Assembly: GCA_963663165.1 (NCBI GenBank)
Contig: OY760175.1
Location: 3,680,001 to 3,744,000 of the forward strand
Source: an uncultured Desulfospira sp.
Lineage (GTDB): Bacteria > Desulfobacterota > Desulfobacteria > Desulfobacterales > Desulfobacteraceae
DNA: 64,000 nt
Reading direction: 5' to 3'
The notes under the pieces are model-generated. The model was given only the letters and a program-made list of their open reading frames with translations, ran no database searches and was not told the DNA's origin. The position numbers and the translations under genes are program-made. Shown here one piece after another: positions 39,659 to 50,268 of the stretch; position 1 is the stretch's first letter; each line of letters opens with the position of its first letter.

Positions 39659-40086
39659 CAAGAAACTAGATACTGGAAACAAGAAACAAGACCTTAACTG
39701 TATCGGTTGATTAAGCCTCGCAGCATTCTTCCGATCTCCTGATATCTTTGATCAAAAAAAGTTTGGTCTTGTTTGCTCAAATACTCAAGGTCTCTTGAAA
39801 ACTCCAGCCATACCCGGCTTTCGTCACATGATCCCATGGCTATTTGAACGAATCTTCTTACATCAGCTTTACTGGATTGCTTGCCCATCCCTTCTGCAAT
39901 ATTTGCCGGGATAGATTTGCTTGACTTCCTTAGTTGTTGAGCCAGTTCATACTGCTCATGCTGGGGAAATCTTAGACTTACTTTGTGCACTTCCAACGCT
40001 AACTGATAAGACTTTTTAAAAACTTCAAGTCTATGGTAAGGCATCATCGCCCTCCTTGTTTCTTGTCTCTAGTATCTAGTTTCTTG
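39659..40086 (-). other. 23S rRNA intervening sequence 1 (helix 45 position), ~428 nt, ORF-bearing
   Basis: Between ACGCTCTTCTACC and CCGCAGCTTCGG; 32-nt inverted arms (30/32 match) built of 7-mers. Confidence 0.92.
39694..40047 (-). CDS. Four-helix-bundle protein (23S rRNA IVP family, Avd-like fold)
   Basis: LEVFKKS..FPQHEQYELAQQLRKSSKSIPANIAEG..IAMGSCDE; AAGGAGG RBS; same strand as the rRNA. Confidence 0.93.
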   Translation of the reverse strand: MMPYHRLEVFKKSYQLALEVHKVSLRFPQHEQYELAQQLRKSSKSIPANIAEGMGKQSSKADVRRFVQIAMGSCDESRVWLEFSRDLEYLSKQDQTFFDQRYQEIGRMLRGLINRYS

Positions 40087-40170
40087 ATCCGCAGCTTCGG
40101 TACTATGCTTTAGCCCCGATACATTTTCGGCGCAGATCCACTCGACCAGTGAGCTGTTACGCTTTCTTTA

Positions 40171-40201
<31 letters not shown>

Positions 40202-40245
40202 TTGTCTGGGCATTCCCACATCCTTCTCCACTTAGCATAGATTTG

Positions 40246-40278
<33 letters not shown>

Positions 40279-40698
40279 CTCGTCCGCGGAACTTAGCTCC
40301 CGCGGGCTGACTCCTGCACTCTAACTTATCGGTATTCGGAGTTTGGTTAGGTTTGGTAATCTGGTGAGACCCCTAGCCCATCCAGTGCTCTACCTCCGAC
40401 AAGAAACGTGCAAGGCTATACCTAAATATATTTCGAAGAGAACCAGCTATCTCCAGGTTTGTTTGGCCTTTCACCCCTATCCACACCTCATCCGAACAGT
40501 TTTTAACCTGTGACGGTTCGGGCCTCCACGAGATTTTACTCCCGCTTCACCCTGGACATGGATAGATCACCTGGTTTCGGGTCTACTCAATACAACTTTC
40601 GCCCTGTTCAGACTCGCTTTCGCTTCGGCTACACCTATCGGCTTAACCTTGCTATATTAAGTAACTCGCTGACTCATTATGCAAAAGGCACGCGGTAA

Positions 40699-40835
40699 CC
40701 AAGAGACTAGAAACAAGAAACTGGAAACAAGATTTCGAACACTCGGTAACTTCCGGTGCCTGTTCAGCCCATTTAAATTGGGCGCCGAAGGCGCTTCGCC
40801 CTCTTGTATCTTGTTTCTTGACTCTAATCTCTTGG
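40699..40835 (-). other. 23S rRNA intervening sequence 2 (helix 25 position), ~137 nt, no ORF
   Basis: Between AAAAGGCACGCGGTAA and CTCCCACAGCTTGTA; 34-nt inverted arms (28/34 match) of the same 7-mer family. Confidence 0.88.
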
Positions 40836-40866
40836 CTCCCACAGCTTGTAAGCAAACGGTTTCAGG

Positions 40867-40918
<52 letters not shown>

Positions 40919-41706
40919 GGTTCGCTATCGGTTGCCAAGTCGTATTTAGCCTTATGTGATGGTCCACACTAATTCCCACAGAATTCCTCGTGTTCCGCAG
41001 TACTTGGGAGTACAATCAGGAGATCGATTATTTTCGCTTACAGGACTGTCACCTTCTTTGGTTAAGCTTTCCAGCTCATTCAACTAATAATCAATTTTTT
41101 TACTCCTGGAATCATCCGAAACTGATTCGCATGCATCCCGCGACCCCGATAACGCAACGCTTTCGGGCTTACACGTTACCGGTTTGGGCTGGTCCCCGTT
41201 CGCTCGCCGCTACTTGGAGAATCGTTTTTACTTTCTGTTCCTGGGGGTACTAAGATGTTTCAGTTCTCCCCGTTACCCTCCTTAACCTATGGATTCAGTC
41301 AAGGATGACACAGTATTGACCGTGTCGGGTTGCCCCATTCAGAAATCTCCGGATCAATGGGTGTTTAGCCCCTCCCCGAAGCTTATCGCAGCTTTCCACG
41401 TCTTTCTTCTTCACTTGGCACCAAGGCATCCGCCGTTTGCTCTTAGTAGCTTAGCCACTATTCCACAAATAAACTTAAACGCTTTGATGTTTTTGAAAAA
41501 ATTGCGATCTTCGGCGTTGCTTCACAAAATTTTTAAAACGACATAGCCTACTATGCCTTATTTAAAAATTTTGTTCGCGCCTTGAAGCTCATCAATTTTT
41601 TCTTCAACATAGCTCGCAAAAGTCTGATCAACATCAAACTCTCACGATTTATGATTAATTCAGTTGCCTTTACGGCAACTGCGCAATTGATATTTACTAC
41701 AACAAA

Positions 41707-41719
41707 TTTTCAAAGAACA
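41707..41719 (-). promoter_or_regulatory. Spacer boxA antitermination site
   Basis: Revcomp TGTTCTTTGAAAA; leader boxA TGATCTTTGAAAA at 43450-43462. Confidence 0.75.
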
Positions 41720-41805
41720 TGACAGATCCGGCTACTCTTGTTCACCGTTTTGATCTCTCAAAATTGGCCAGTGATAGCCTTAAAGCTTTTTTTATCTTTC
41801 CTTTG

Positions 41806-43365
<1,560 letters not shown>

Positions 43366-43516
43366 TAATCCTTTTTCCTAAAAACTCTTGGTCTTGACTT
43401 GCTAATTAAAACAAATCAACTTGACCCGCTTCAAAACTTCACTGACCAATTTTCAAAGATCAAATGTCTTTGGAGGAAAAATTTCTTGTTTACTGCTGCC
43501 CCCGAAAGACCGGCGT

Positions 43517-43545
43517 AATATGCATGAAAACAAAACGCATGTCAA
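43517..43545 (-). promoter_or_regulatory. Sigma70 rRNA promoter
   Basis: TTGACA-17nt-CATATT, GC-rich discriminator, AT-rich upstream region. Confidence 0.7.
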
Positions 43546-43737
43546 ACAATTTTTTAACAATTCTTGAGAATTTTTTTATCTCTTTAATTTTATTGGCATT
43601 AATTTTTAATATAGTTGAGGCCATTTCAAATAAACAGTTAACATTCATAAAAATGAAAATTTTTAATGCCGGCAATTGTGGTATGTATTTAAATATTTTT
43701 TTCTGGTTCAAGTTAATTTTTTTTAGGATAAACATTT

Positions 43738-44268
43738 ATGACCTCCCGGGTATATACGGACGCATCTTCCGCCATCCTGCTATACAAAGCCGGTTTGTTC
43801 GGCATGACCGCATCCCATTTTCAAATGGTTCTCACCCCTGGCGTCTTTGTTGAAATTACCCGGCAGGGGCATGACGGGGCAGAATATTTTTCCCGTTTTC
43901 AAAACCTTTCCATAGAGCCCCCGGACCCGTCCATTGGGACTGTCGGCCTTGAAAACGCCCTGTCCCTGGACTTAGGGGAAAAAGAAACCCTTTTACTCTT
44001 TTTACAGCAGAACAAGCTCCAAACAGCCGGTTTAAACCGGTTTATTCTGGTGGATGACGGGCCGGCCGCAAAATTCTGCAAGGCCCGGGGCCTTCCTTTT
44101 ATCAATGCCCTTCTCGTCCCCAAAATTTTAAGGCTCTCCGGCCATATGAGCCTGTCCGGCTGCGATGAAAAAATGGACCTTTTATCGAAAATAGGGCGGT
44201 ATTCTTCAACCATCCTTAAAAAAGCCCGCGAGCTAACGGCACAGGATCTGGATTATTTTATAGATTAA
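43738..44268 (+). CDS. PIN-like (DUF3368-type) protein
   Basis: VYTDASSAILL, LDLGEKETL, ILVDDGPA. Confidence 0.6.
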   Translation: MTSRVYTDASSAILLYKAGLFGMTASHFQMVLTPGVFVEITRQGHDGAEYFSRFQNLSIEPPDPSIGTVGLENALSLDLGEKETLLLFLQQNKLQTAGLNRFILVDDGPAAKFCKARGLPFINALLVPKILRLSGHMSLSGCDEKMDLLSKIGRYSSTILKKARELTAQDLDYFID

Positions 44269-44288
44269 AACTTCGTGAAATCTCCGGG

Positions 44289-45188
44289 CTAAAAGCGGCC
44301 AGGCTTTTTTCTTTTTTTGACATTCACTACCGTAATCCCGGCAACAATAAAAATGACAGACCCCAGAAGATACCGGGTAACCGGCTCCCCTAAAAGCCAG
44401 ACACCGAAAAACACCCCGGCCAGGGGCACTATAAAAAGAAAGGAATACTGGGCCGTGGCCCCATATCGCCGCATCATGGCGTTCCATGCCACAAAACCGA
44501 CACAGGTGGTGACAAGGGCTTGGAAAAGGAGGGCATTGACCACCAGGGGAGTTACCGATGTCACCATGGGGTCATCCCAGATGACTGCCCCGACAAAAAA
44601 AAACGGCACCCCGATAACCATGGGATACAAGGTCACCTGGATGGTATTGAACCCGTCAATGATCCGTTTGAGAAACACAATGGAAACCGACCAGCACATC
44701 ACCGCACCCAAAACCATCAGGTCTCCGGAATGGATATCGGCATCCAGGTCTGGCCGGTCAAAAAAAAGCAGCACCACCCCGGTAAACCCCAGGGCGATAC
44801 CAAAAACCTTTTTAAGGGTTATCCGGTCTGCCGGGATGAAAAAATGAGATAAAATCATCACCATGAACGGGACCACATTGACGATCAGGGTTCCATGGGA
44901 CGCCGTGGTCCGGCTCAGTCCCACATGGAAACAGGAAAGCTGAAAACTGAACAGGCAGCCCTGAATAAAAATCAAGGCGGTCTGTTTAGGGGTCAGGCCC
45001 AGGGGGATCTTTTTATATGTTGCCCATAAAAACAGGCAAAAGCCGGCCACACAGAACCGGGTCCCGGCGGTGGTAAACGGGCCTAAGCCGGTCAGGGCGT
45101 ATTTAATGGCCACGGTGTTGCCCCCGAAAATGATGCATAAAACAACCATGCACAGGGCCGCCCCAACGGTCATGTCCTCATTTTTCAT
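44289..45188 (-). CDS. DMT/EamA family transporter
   Basis: ~10 TM; GTRF, LSHFF..DRITLKK, WLLGEPVT; probable start MKNEDM at 45188. Confidence 0.9.
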   Translation of the reverse strand: MKNEDMTVGAALCMVVLCIIFGGNTVAIKYALTGLGPFTTAGTRFCVAGFCLFLWATYKKIPLGLTPKQTALIFIQGCLFSFQLSCFHVGLSRTTASHGTLIVNVVPFMVMILSHFFIPADRITLKKVFGIALGFTGVVLLFFDRPDLDADIHSGDLMVLGAVMCWSVSIVFLKRIIDGFNTIQVTLYPMVIGVPFFFVGAVIWDDPMVTSVTPLVVNALLFQALVTTCVGFVAWNAMMRRYGATAQYSFLFIVPLAGVFFGVWLLGEPVTRYLLGSVIFIVAGITVVNVKKRKKPGRF

Positions 45189-45363
45189 TGCGGGTTGTTC
45201 TCCGGGAAAATAACCAGGCGCACCGCCTGAATCTTTAAAAAGGATACAAAAACCCGAAAGTTTGGTAAAGGGTTTTGTTTCCGGTTTGACACCTTGACTT
45301 TGAGCCATATATTTCATACTGGTTTTAGGCATATCTAACAAAACAAAGGTGCCCGGCATTTTC

Positions 45364-45744
45364 ATGAAGCGACCATTAACTCATTCCTTGCTGATTTTCA
45401 CGACCGCACTGGCAATCAGTCTTAATCTGACGCTGAGTGAAACGGCCCGCTCTCTTCATATCCGCCATGAGCACAGCTGTATCTGCCGCCATATCGGGAT
45501 AAAGGACCTTGGCATTCACACCTGTCCTGTCCGGCACGGGCATACATGGACCCGGCCTCACCATGACTGTTTAATATGCAAGGCCTTTGAACTGTTCCAT
45601 ACGGTTTTCACCTCCAGACACCTTTATGTTTCCCCGCTTTTCCTGCCGGCAGCGGGGGCTGTTCCATCCAATGTCCCCCGGATCACACAAACAGCCGGCT
45701 TTGTGAAACAGGCCAGGGCGCCGCCTATAGAGGGACTCGGCTGA
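45364..45744 (+). CDS. DUF2946/CruR-like leader protein with CxxC and RAPP arrest motif
   Basis: N-terminal hydrophobic segment, His/Cys-rich middle, HHDCLIC, C-terminal QARAPPIEGLG; directly upstream of znuA. Confidence 0.75.
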   Translation: MKRPLTHSLLIFTTALAISLNLTLSETARSLHIRHEHSCICRHIGIKDLGIHTCPVRHGHTWTRPHHDCLICKAFELFHTVFTSRHLYVSPLFLPAAGAVPSNVPRITQTAGFVKQARAPPIEGLG

Positions 45745-45825
45745 AGACCGATGGCGGATCATCAGCCTGAACACCATACATTTCCATATCCGGACAAATT
45801 TCAAAATTTTAATAAAGGAGAACCC

Positions 45826-46761
45826 ATGAACACTGTGATTCGTTTGACGGTTGGATTGTTCCTGATGCTTGCCCTGCCGGGAGCCGTGTTTGCCAAGGCC
45901 CCTTTGCAGGTCCAGGTCAGTATCCTGCCCCAGAAATATTTTGTTGAAAGAGTGGCCAAAGATCTTGCAACGGTCGATGTCCTGGTCAAACCCGGCAAAA
46001 GCCCGGCCACCTATTCCCCGTCCCCGGACCAGATCAAAACCCTGGCCGGCGCGGATGTCTATTTTAGAATCGGTGTCCCCTTTGAAAACGGGTTCATGCA
46101 TAAGATAGAAGATATTGCCAAAAACATCCTTGTGGTCGACACCCGGAAGGGCATCACCCTCAGGGACATGAAAGCCCATCATCATGATGAAGAGGGAGAT
46201 GAGCACCACGAACATCACGGGGATGCCGACCACAAGGAACACGGGCACGAAGGCCATGAAGGCGACCATCACGCCGGCAAAGATCCCCATATCTGGATGA
46301 GCCCGATGCTGGTAAAACAGCAGGCCCTGACCATTTGCCAGACCCTGATCAGCCTTGATCCTGACCATAAGACCGATTTTGAAGCCAATTATAAAGCGTT
46401 TGCTCAGGATCTGGACAATCTTAACCAGGAACTGTCCGCGGCCCTGGCCCCTGTAAAAGGTGAAAATCTTTTTGTATTTCACCCGGCTTTTGGGTATTTT
46501 ACGGATGCCTACGGCCTGGAGCAGGTAGCCATAGAACAAATGGGAAAGGCGCCCAAGGGAAAGGAGCTGTCCCAGATTATTAAACAGGCCAAGGAACAAA
46601 AGACCCATGTCATTTTTGTCCAGCCCCAGTTTGACCAGACAGCGGCCCAGAAAATTGCATCGGCCATCAACGGGGCCGTGGTGCCCATTAACCCCCTTGC
46701 CGAGGATTACCTGGCCAATATGAAAACCATTGGTGACACGGTTGCGGCAGGATTAAAATAG
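45826..46761 (+). CDS. znuA: Zn/Mn ABC transporter substrate-binding protein with His-rich loop
   Basis: Signal peptide; long His/acidic loop; DPHIWMSP; FHPAFGYF; AAAGGAG RBS. Confidence 0.9.
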   Translation: MNTVIRLTVGLFLMLALPGAVFAKAPLQVQVSILPQKYFVERVAKDLATVDVLVKPGKSPATYSPSPDQIKTLAGADVYFRIGVPFENGFMHKIEDIAKNILVVDTRKGITLRDMKAHHHDEEGDEHHEHHGDADHKEHGHEGHEGDHHAGKDPHIWMSPMLVKQQALTICQTLISLDPDHKTDFEANYKAFAQDLDNLNQELSAALAPVKGENLFVFHPAFGYFTDAYGLEQVAIEQMGKAPKGKELSQIIKQAKEQKTHVIFVQPQFDQTAAQKIASAINGAVVPINPLAEDYLANMKTIGDTVAAGLK

Positions 46762-46866
46762 CGTATTAGGCTGAAGGCTGAAGGGATTTAGGCTGAAGGT
46801 AGAACAACCATAAGCCCCCCCTTCAGCCTAACCCCCTTCTACCTAAACCCCTAATTTAAGGACCCC

Positions 46867-47622
46867 ATGGACCAAGAAACCGATATCCAGATAGACCAGG
46901 TATCTTTTGCTTATACCCAGCGGACCATTCTTGAGAATGTCAGTCTTGCTGTGGGCAGGCATGATTTTGCAAGCATTGTCGGCCCCAACGGCGGCGGAAA
47001 AACCACTCTTTTAAAGCTCATTTTAGGGTTGATCGCCCCGGATTCAGGAAACATCCGGGTATTTGGGAAATCGCCGGAACAGGCCCGGCACAAAATCGGG
47101 TACATGCCCCAGTATGCCCATCTGGACATGGACTTTCCAGCCACGGTGCTGGACGTGGTTCTCATGGGAAGGCTGAACAGGGCCCGGTTCTGGTTTTCCA
47201 AAAAAGACAAAACCCAGGCCGAACAGGCCATTGAAAGGGTGGATCTCAAGGCATTTTCAAAAACCGGATTTAACGAACTGTCCGGAGGCCAGAAACAGCG
47301 GGCCCTCATTGCCCGGGCCCTGTGCAGCGACCCTGCCATCCTTCTGTTAGACGAACCCACAGCCAATGTAGACAATAAAACCGAGCAGACCCTGTTTAAG
47401 CTGTTAAAGGAACTGAATCAGGACATGACCATTCTTCTAGTTTCCCATGATTTGGGATTTGTTTCCAAGTACGTGAAAAGCGTGATCTGCGTTAACAAGC
47501 AGGTGGTCATCCACCCCACCACCGACCTGGAAGGCACCATGATCAAGGATATCTACCACGGGGACCTGAAAATGGTCCGTCATGACCACCGGTGTTCCGA
47601 AGGGGGCCACATCCATGATTGA
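46867..47622 (+). CDS. znuC: Metal ABC transporter ATPase
   Basis: GPNGGGKT, LSGGQKQR, LLLDEPT, VSHD. Confidence 0.9.
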   Translation: MDQETDIQIDQVSFAYTQRTILENVSLAVGRHDFASIVGPNGGGKTTLLKLILGLIAPDSGNIRVFGKSPEQARHKIGYMPQYAHLDMDFPATVLDVVLMGRLNRARFWFSKKDKTQAEQAIERVDLKAFSKTGFNELSGGQKQRALIARALCSDPAILLLDEPTANVDNKTEQTLFKLLKELNQDMTILLVSHDLGFVSKYVKSVICVNKQVVIHPTTDLEGTMIKDIYHGDLKMVRHDHRCSEGGHIHD

Positions 47623-48463
47623 GTTCCTTAAAGCCGTCATGGACCCGGACAACACGTTTTTACTTTATGCCGTGATCATGGGAGGGCTTGCGTCCATATC
47701 CTTCGGCATCATCGGCACCTTTGTCACCATCAAGCGCATCGGCTACCTGGCCGGGGCCATCTCCCATTCCGTGTTTGGCGGCATCGGCCTTGCCATCTAT
47801 CTTCAGGTCAACATGGGCCTTGCCTGGTTTGACCCGGTTTTAGGGGCGGTTCTGGCTGCGGTTGTTTCGGCACTGATCGTGGGGGTTGTCTCCATAAAGG
47901 CCAAGGCAAGGGAGGACACCATTATCGGAACCCTCTGGGCCGTGGGCATGGCCGCCGGCATCCTGTTTATCGATAAAACCCAGGGGTATTTCAACCTTTC
48001 GTCTTACCTGTTTGGGGATATTCTGCTGATTTCACAAAAAGACCTTGTGTTTGTTCTGGGGATGGATCTGCTGGTGATCGCTGTTGTTACGGTGTTTTTC
48101 AACCGTTTTTTTGCCGTCTGTTTTGACGCTGAATTCACCCTGCTCAGGGGGATCAACACCACGTTTTTCTATCTGTCCCTTCTGGTTCTGACCGCCCTGA
48201 CCGTTGTTCTTCTGGTCAGAATCGTGGGAATCGTTCTGGTCATTGCCCTGTTAACCATCCCGTCGGCCATTGCCTCTTTTTACGCCCGCCGTCTCTGGCA
48301 GATGGCCGCCATCTCCATTTTCCTGTGCGCCCTGTTTACCTGGACCGGCCTTGGGATCAGCTATACCTTGAGCCTGTCCTCGGGCCCCTGCATTATTGTT
48401 TTTGCAGGAACCGTTTATTTTGGACTTCTTGCCATTCATAAACTGATTTTAAAAAACAAATGA
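47615..48463 (+). CDS. znuB: Metal ABC transporter permease (ABC-3)
   Basis: AISHSVFGG, YLFGDIL, VGIVLVIALL. Confidence 0.9.
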   Translation: MIEFLKAVMDPDNTFLLYAVIMGGLASISFGIIGTFVTIKRIGYLAGAISHSVFGGIGLAIYLQVNMGLAWFDPVLGAVLAAVVSALIVGVVSIKAKAREDTIIGTLWAVGMAAGILFIDKTQGYFNLSSYLFGDILLISQKDLVFVLGMDLLVIAVVTVFFNRFFAVCFDAEFTLLRGINTTFFYLSLLVLTALTVVLLVRIVGIVLVIALLTIPSAIASFYARRLWQMAAISIFLCALFTWTGLGISYTLSLSSGPCIIVFAGTVYFGLLAIHKLILKNK

Positions 48464-49539
48464 ACGCCTTTAAACAACCGCCTGATCCCACTCCCTTTCC
48501 CATGGACCCTTCCCATGGCAACGGCTGCAGCTGTGCCCATGAGAAAGCCGCCCCAGGCATTCTGGATTCAGCGGGCAGGTCCATTCAGATTTTTATCCTG
48601 GTGTCGGCCATTATCATGGCCGTGTTTCAAGCCAGGTCCGAAGCCTTTATCTCTTTTTGCATCATCTTTTCATCCATTGTGCTGGAGGCCTTTCCCTTCA
48701 TGCTGCTCGGAACCCTTTTGGGCGGATTTGTAGAGGTCTTTTTATCCAGGGAGCAGTTCATCTCCATTCTCCCGAAAAATAAGACGGTGGCCATTGTCTG
48801 TGCGGCTTTTTTAGGCATTTTTTTCCCGGTATGTGAATGCGCCATTGTACCGGTGGTCAGAAAATTCCTTCAAAAGGGCATGCCCTTGGGATCGGCCGTA
48901 ACCTTTCTTCTGGCCGGCCCCATTGTCAATCCCCTGGTCTTTGCCTCTACCCTGGTGGCCTATACATTTGACTTTAAAGTCGCTTTTCTAAGGACCGCTG
49001 CAGGGCTTGTCATTGCCATTGCCGCAGGGCTTTTCATCAATGCCGTTATCCGGGAAAAAGACGCGGTAATCCCGGGGTCCTCCCATTCCTGCGCCCATTG
49101 CGGCCATGATCACCCCGCCCGCTTTGCCGGAAAAATAAAAGCCGCCCTGTTTCACGGAGCGGCCGATTTTTACGACATCGGCCGTTTTCTGATCATGGGG
49201 GCGTTGATTGCCGCCACCTTGCAGACCATGGTGGACCGGCAGGTTTTTCTTTCTCCGGGGACTGTTCCCCTGGTTTCCATCGGGGCCATGATGGTTCTGG
49301 CCTTTGTGCTGAACCTGTGTTCCGAGGCCGACGCCTTTATCTGTGCATCCTTCAGGCCCATGGGGATTCCCCTGTCGGCCCAGCTGGCCTTCATGGTTCT
49401 TGGCCCCATGCTGGATATCAAACTCATCCTCATGTACCTGGGCCTGTTTACCCGGAAAATGATTCTTCTGCTCTGCTTTTTTGTGGTGATGGCTGTTTTT
49501 GCGGCTTCGGTTGTTATGGAGGTGCTGCCATGGATATGA
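48460..49539 (+). CDS. DUF318/ArsP-like permease (YcgR-like)
   Basis: EAFPF, PVCECAIVP, LCSEADAF, GPMLDIK. Confidence 0.85.
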   Translation: MNAFKQPPDPTPFPMDPSHGNGCSCAHEKAAPGILDSAGRSIQIFILVSAIIMAVFQARSEAFISFCIIFSSIVLEAFPFMLLGTLLGGFVEVFLSREQFISILPKNKTVAIVCAAFLGIFFPVCECAIVPVVRKFLQKGMPLGSAVTFLLAGPIVNPLVFASTLVAYTFDFKVAFLRTAAGLVIAIAAGLFINAVIREKDAVIPGSSHSCAHCGHDHPARFAGKIKAALFHGAADFYDIGRFLIMGALIAATLQTMVDRQVFLSPGTVPLVSIGAMMVLAFVLNLCSEADAFICASFRPMGIPLSAQLAFMVLGPMLDIKLILMYLGLFTRKMILLLCFFVVMAVFAASVVMEVLPWI

Positions 49540-50258
49540 ACACCAGAGAAACCCACAGCCGGATTCTTCCCCCGGCCATCATGGCGGCCTGGGCCGGGGT
49601 CTTTGTCTACTTATTGATAAACGACCAGTACCTGCTGTTTCTCAAGCCCGATTTTTTGTTTCTCATCCTTGGGGGACTTTTGCTTTCCAGTCTCTATTTC
49701 TGGGGGTTTTTAGGAAAAATGCTTCCGGCAGACAGCGACCATACCGTAAAGGGGCTGTTTCTTTTGCTGCCCATTTTATTTATTTTTTCAGCCGGCGAAA
49801 ACAGCCTGGGCAGCTATACCCTGTCCAAACGGCCCATGGTTCTCCCTGAAACCGGCCAGGACCAGCCTTTTTCACCGAAGCCGGAAATAATCAGGCCCGC
49901 GGCCCCTAGCCAATCGGAATCCGGCCTTATCCCCATTACCCGGCTTATCCGGGAATGGGACGCCTTTGAAGGAAAAACCGTTACCATAGAAGGGCTGTTC
50001 ACGGGGAACGTGGCCGGACAGGAAGAATTAGGTGCCGTGTTCCGTTATTATGTGACCTGCTGCGCGGCTGATGCTCAGCCCGTGGGCGTATTCTTGAAAA
50101 AAACACCGGACATCAACTTTGAGGACAATGCCTGGGTCAGGGCCACCGGAACCGTCAATATCATGGAACGGGAAGGATTTCAGGTGATTTTCATGGCCCT
50201 CAAAAACATCGAGCCCAGGGAAAAACCCTCCAAAAACGCAGCCTATCTTTACAATTAG
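49530..50258 (+). CDS. DUF1980/TIGR03943 membrane protein (YcgQ-like)
   Basis: FRYYVTCCAADAQPVG; 3 N-terminal TM; GGAGG RBS. Confidence 0.85.
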   Translation: MDMNTRETHSRILPPAIMAAWAGVFVYLLINDQYLLFLKPDFLFLILGGLLLSSLYFWGFLGKMLPADSDHTVKGLFLLLPILFIFSAGENSLGSYTLSKRPMVLPETGQDQPFSPKPEIIRPAAPSQSESGLIPITRLIREWDAFEGKTVTIEGLFTGNVAGQEELGAVFRYYVTCCAADAQPVGVFLKKTPDINFEDNAWVRATGTVNIMEREGFQVIFMALKNIEPREKPSKNAAYLYN

Positions 50259-50268
50259 GGACTCGGGC

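Noticed and set aside
39694..40047. Diversity-generating retroelement suggested by the Avd-like fold
   Set aside because: No reverse transcriptase in the window, and no TR/VR pair with adenine-specific mismatches was seen.
41458..41805. tRNA genes in the 16S-23S spacer
   Set aside because: No cloverleaf or T-loop motif found on the coding strand.
43464..43853. AT-rich ORFs over the rRNA promoter region
   Set aside because: Low-complexity translations overlapping the promoter and UP region.
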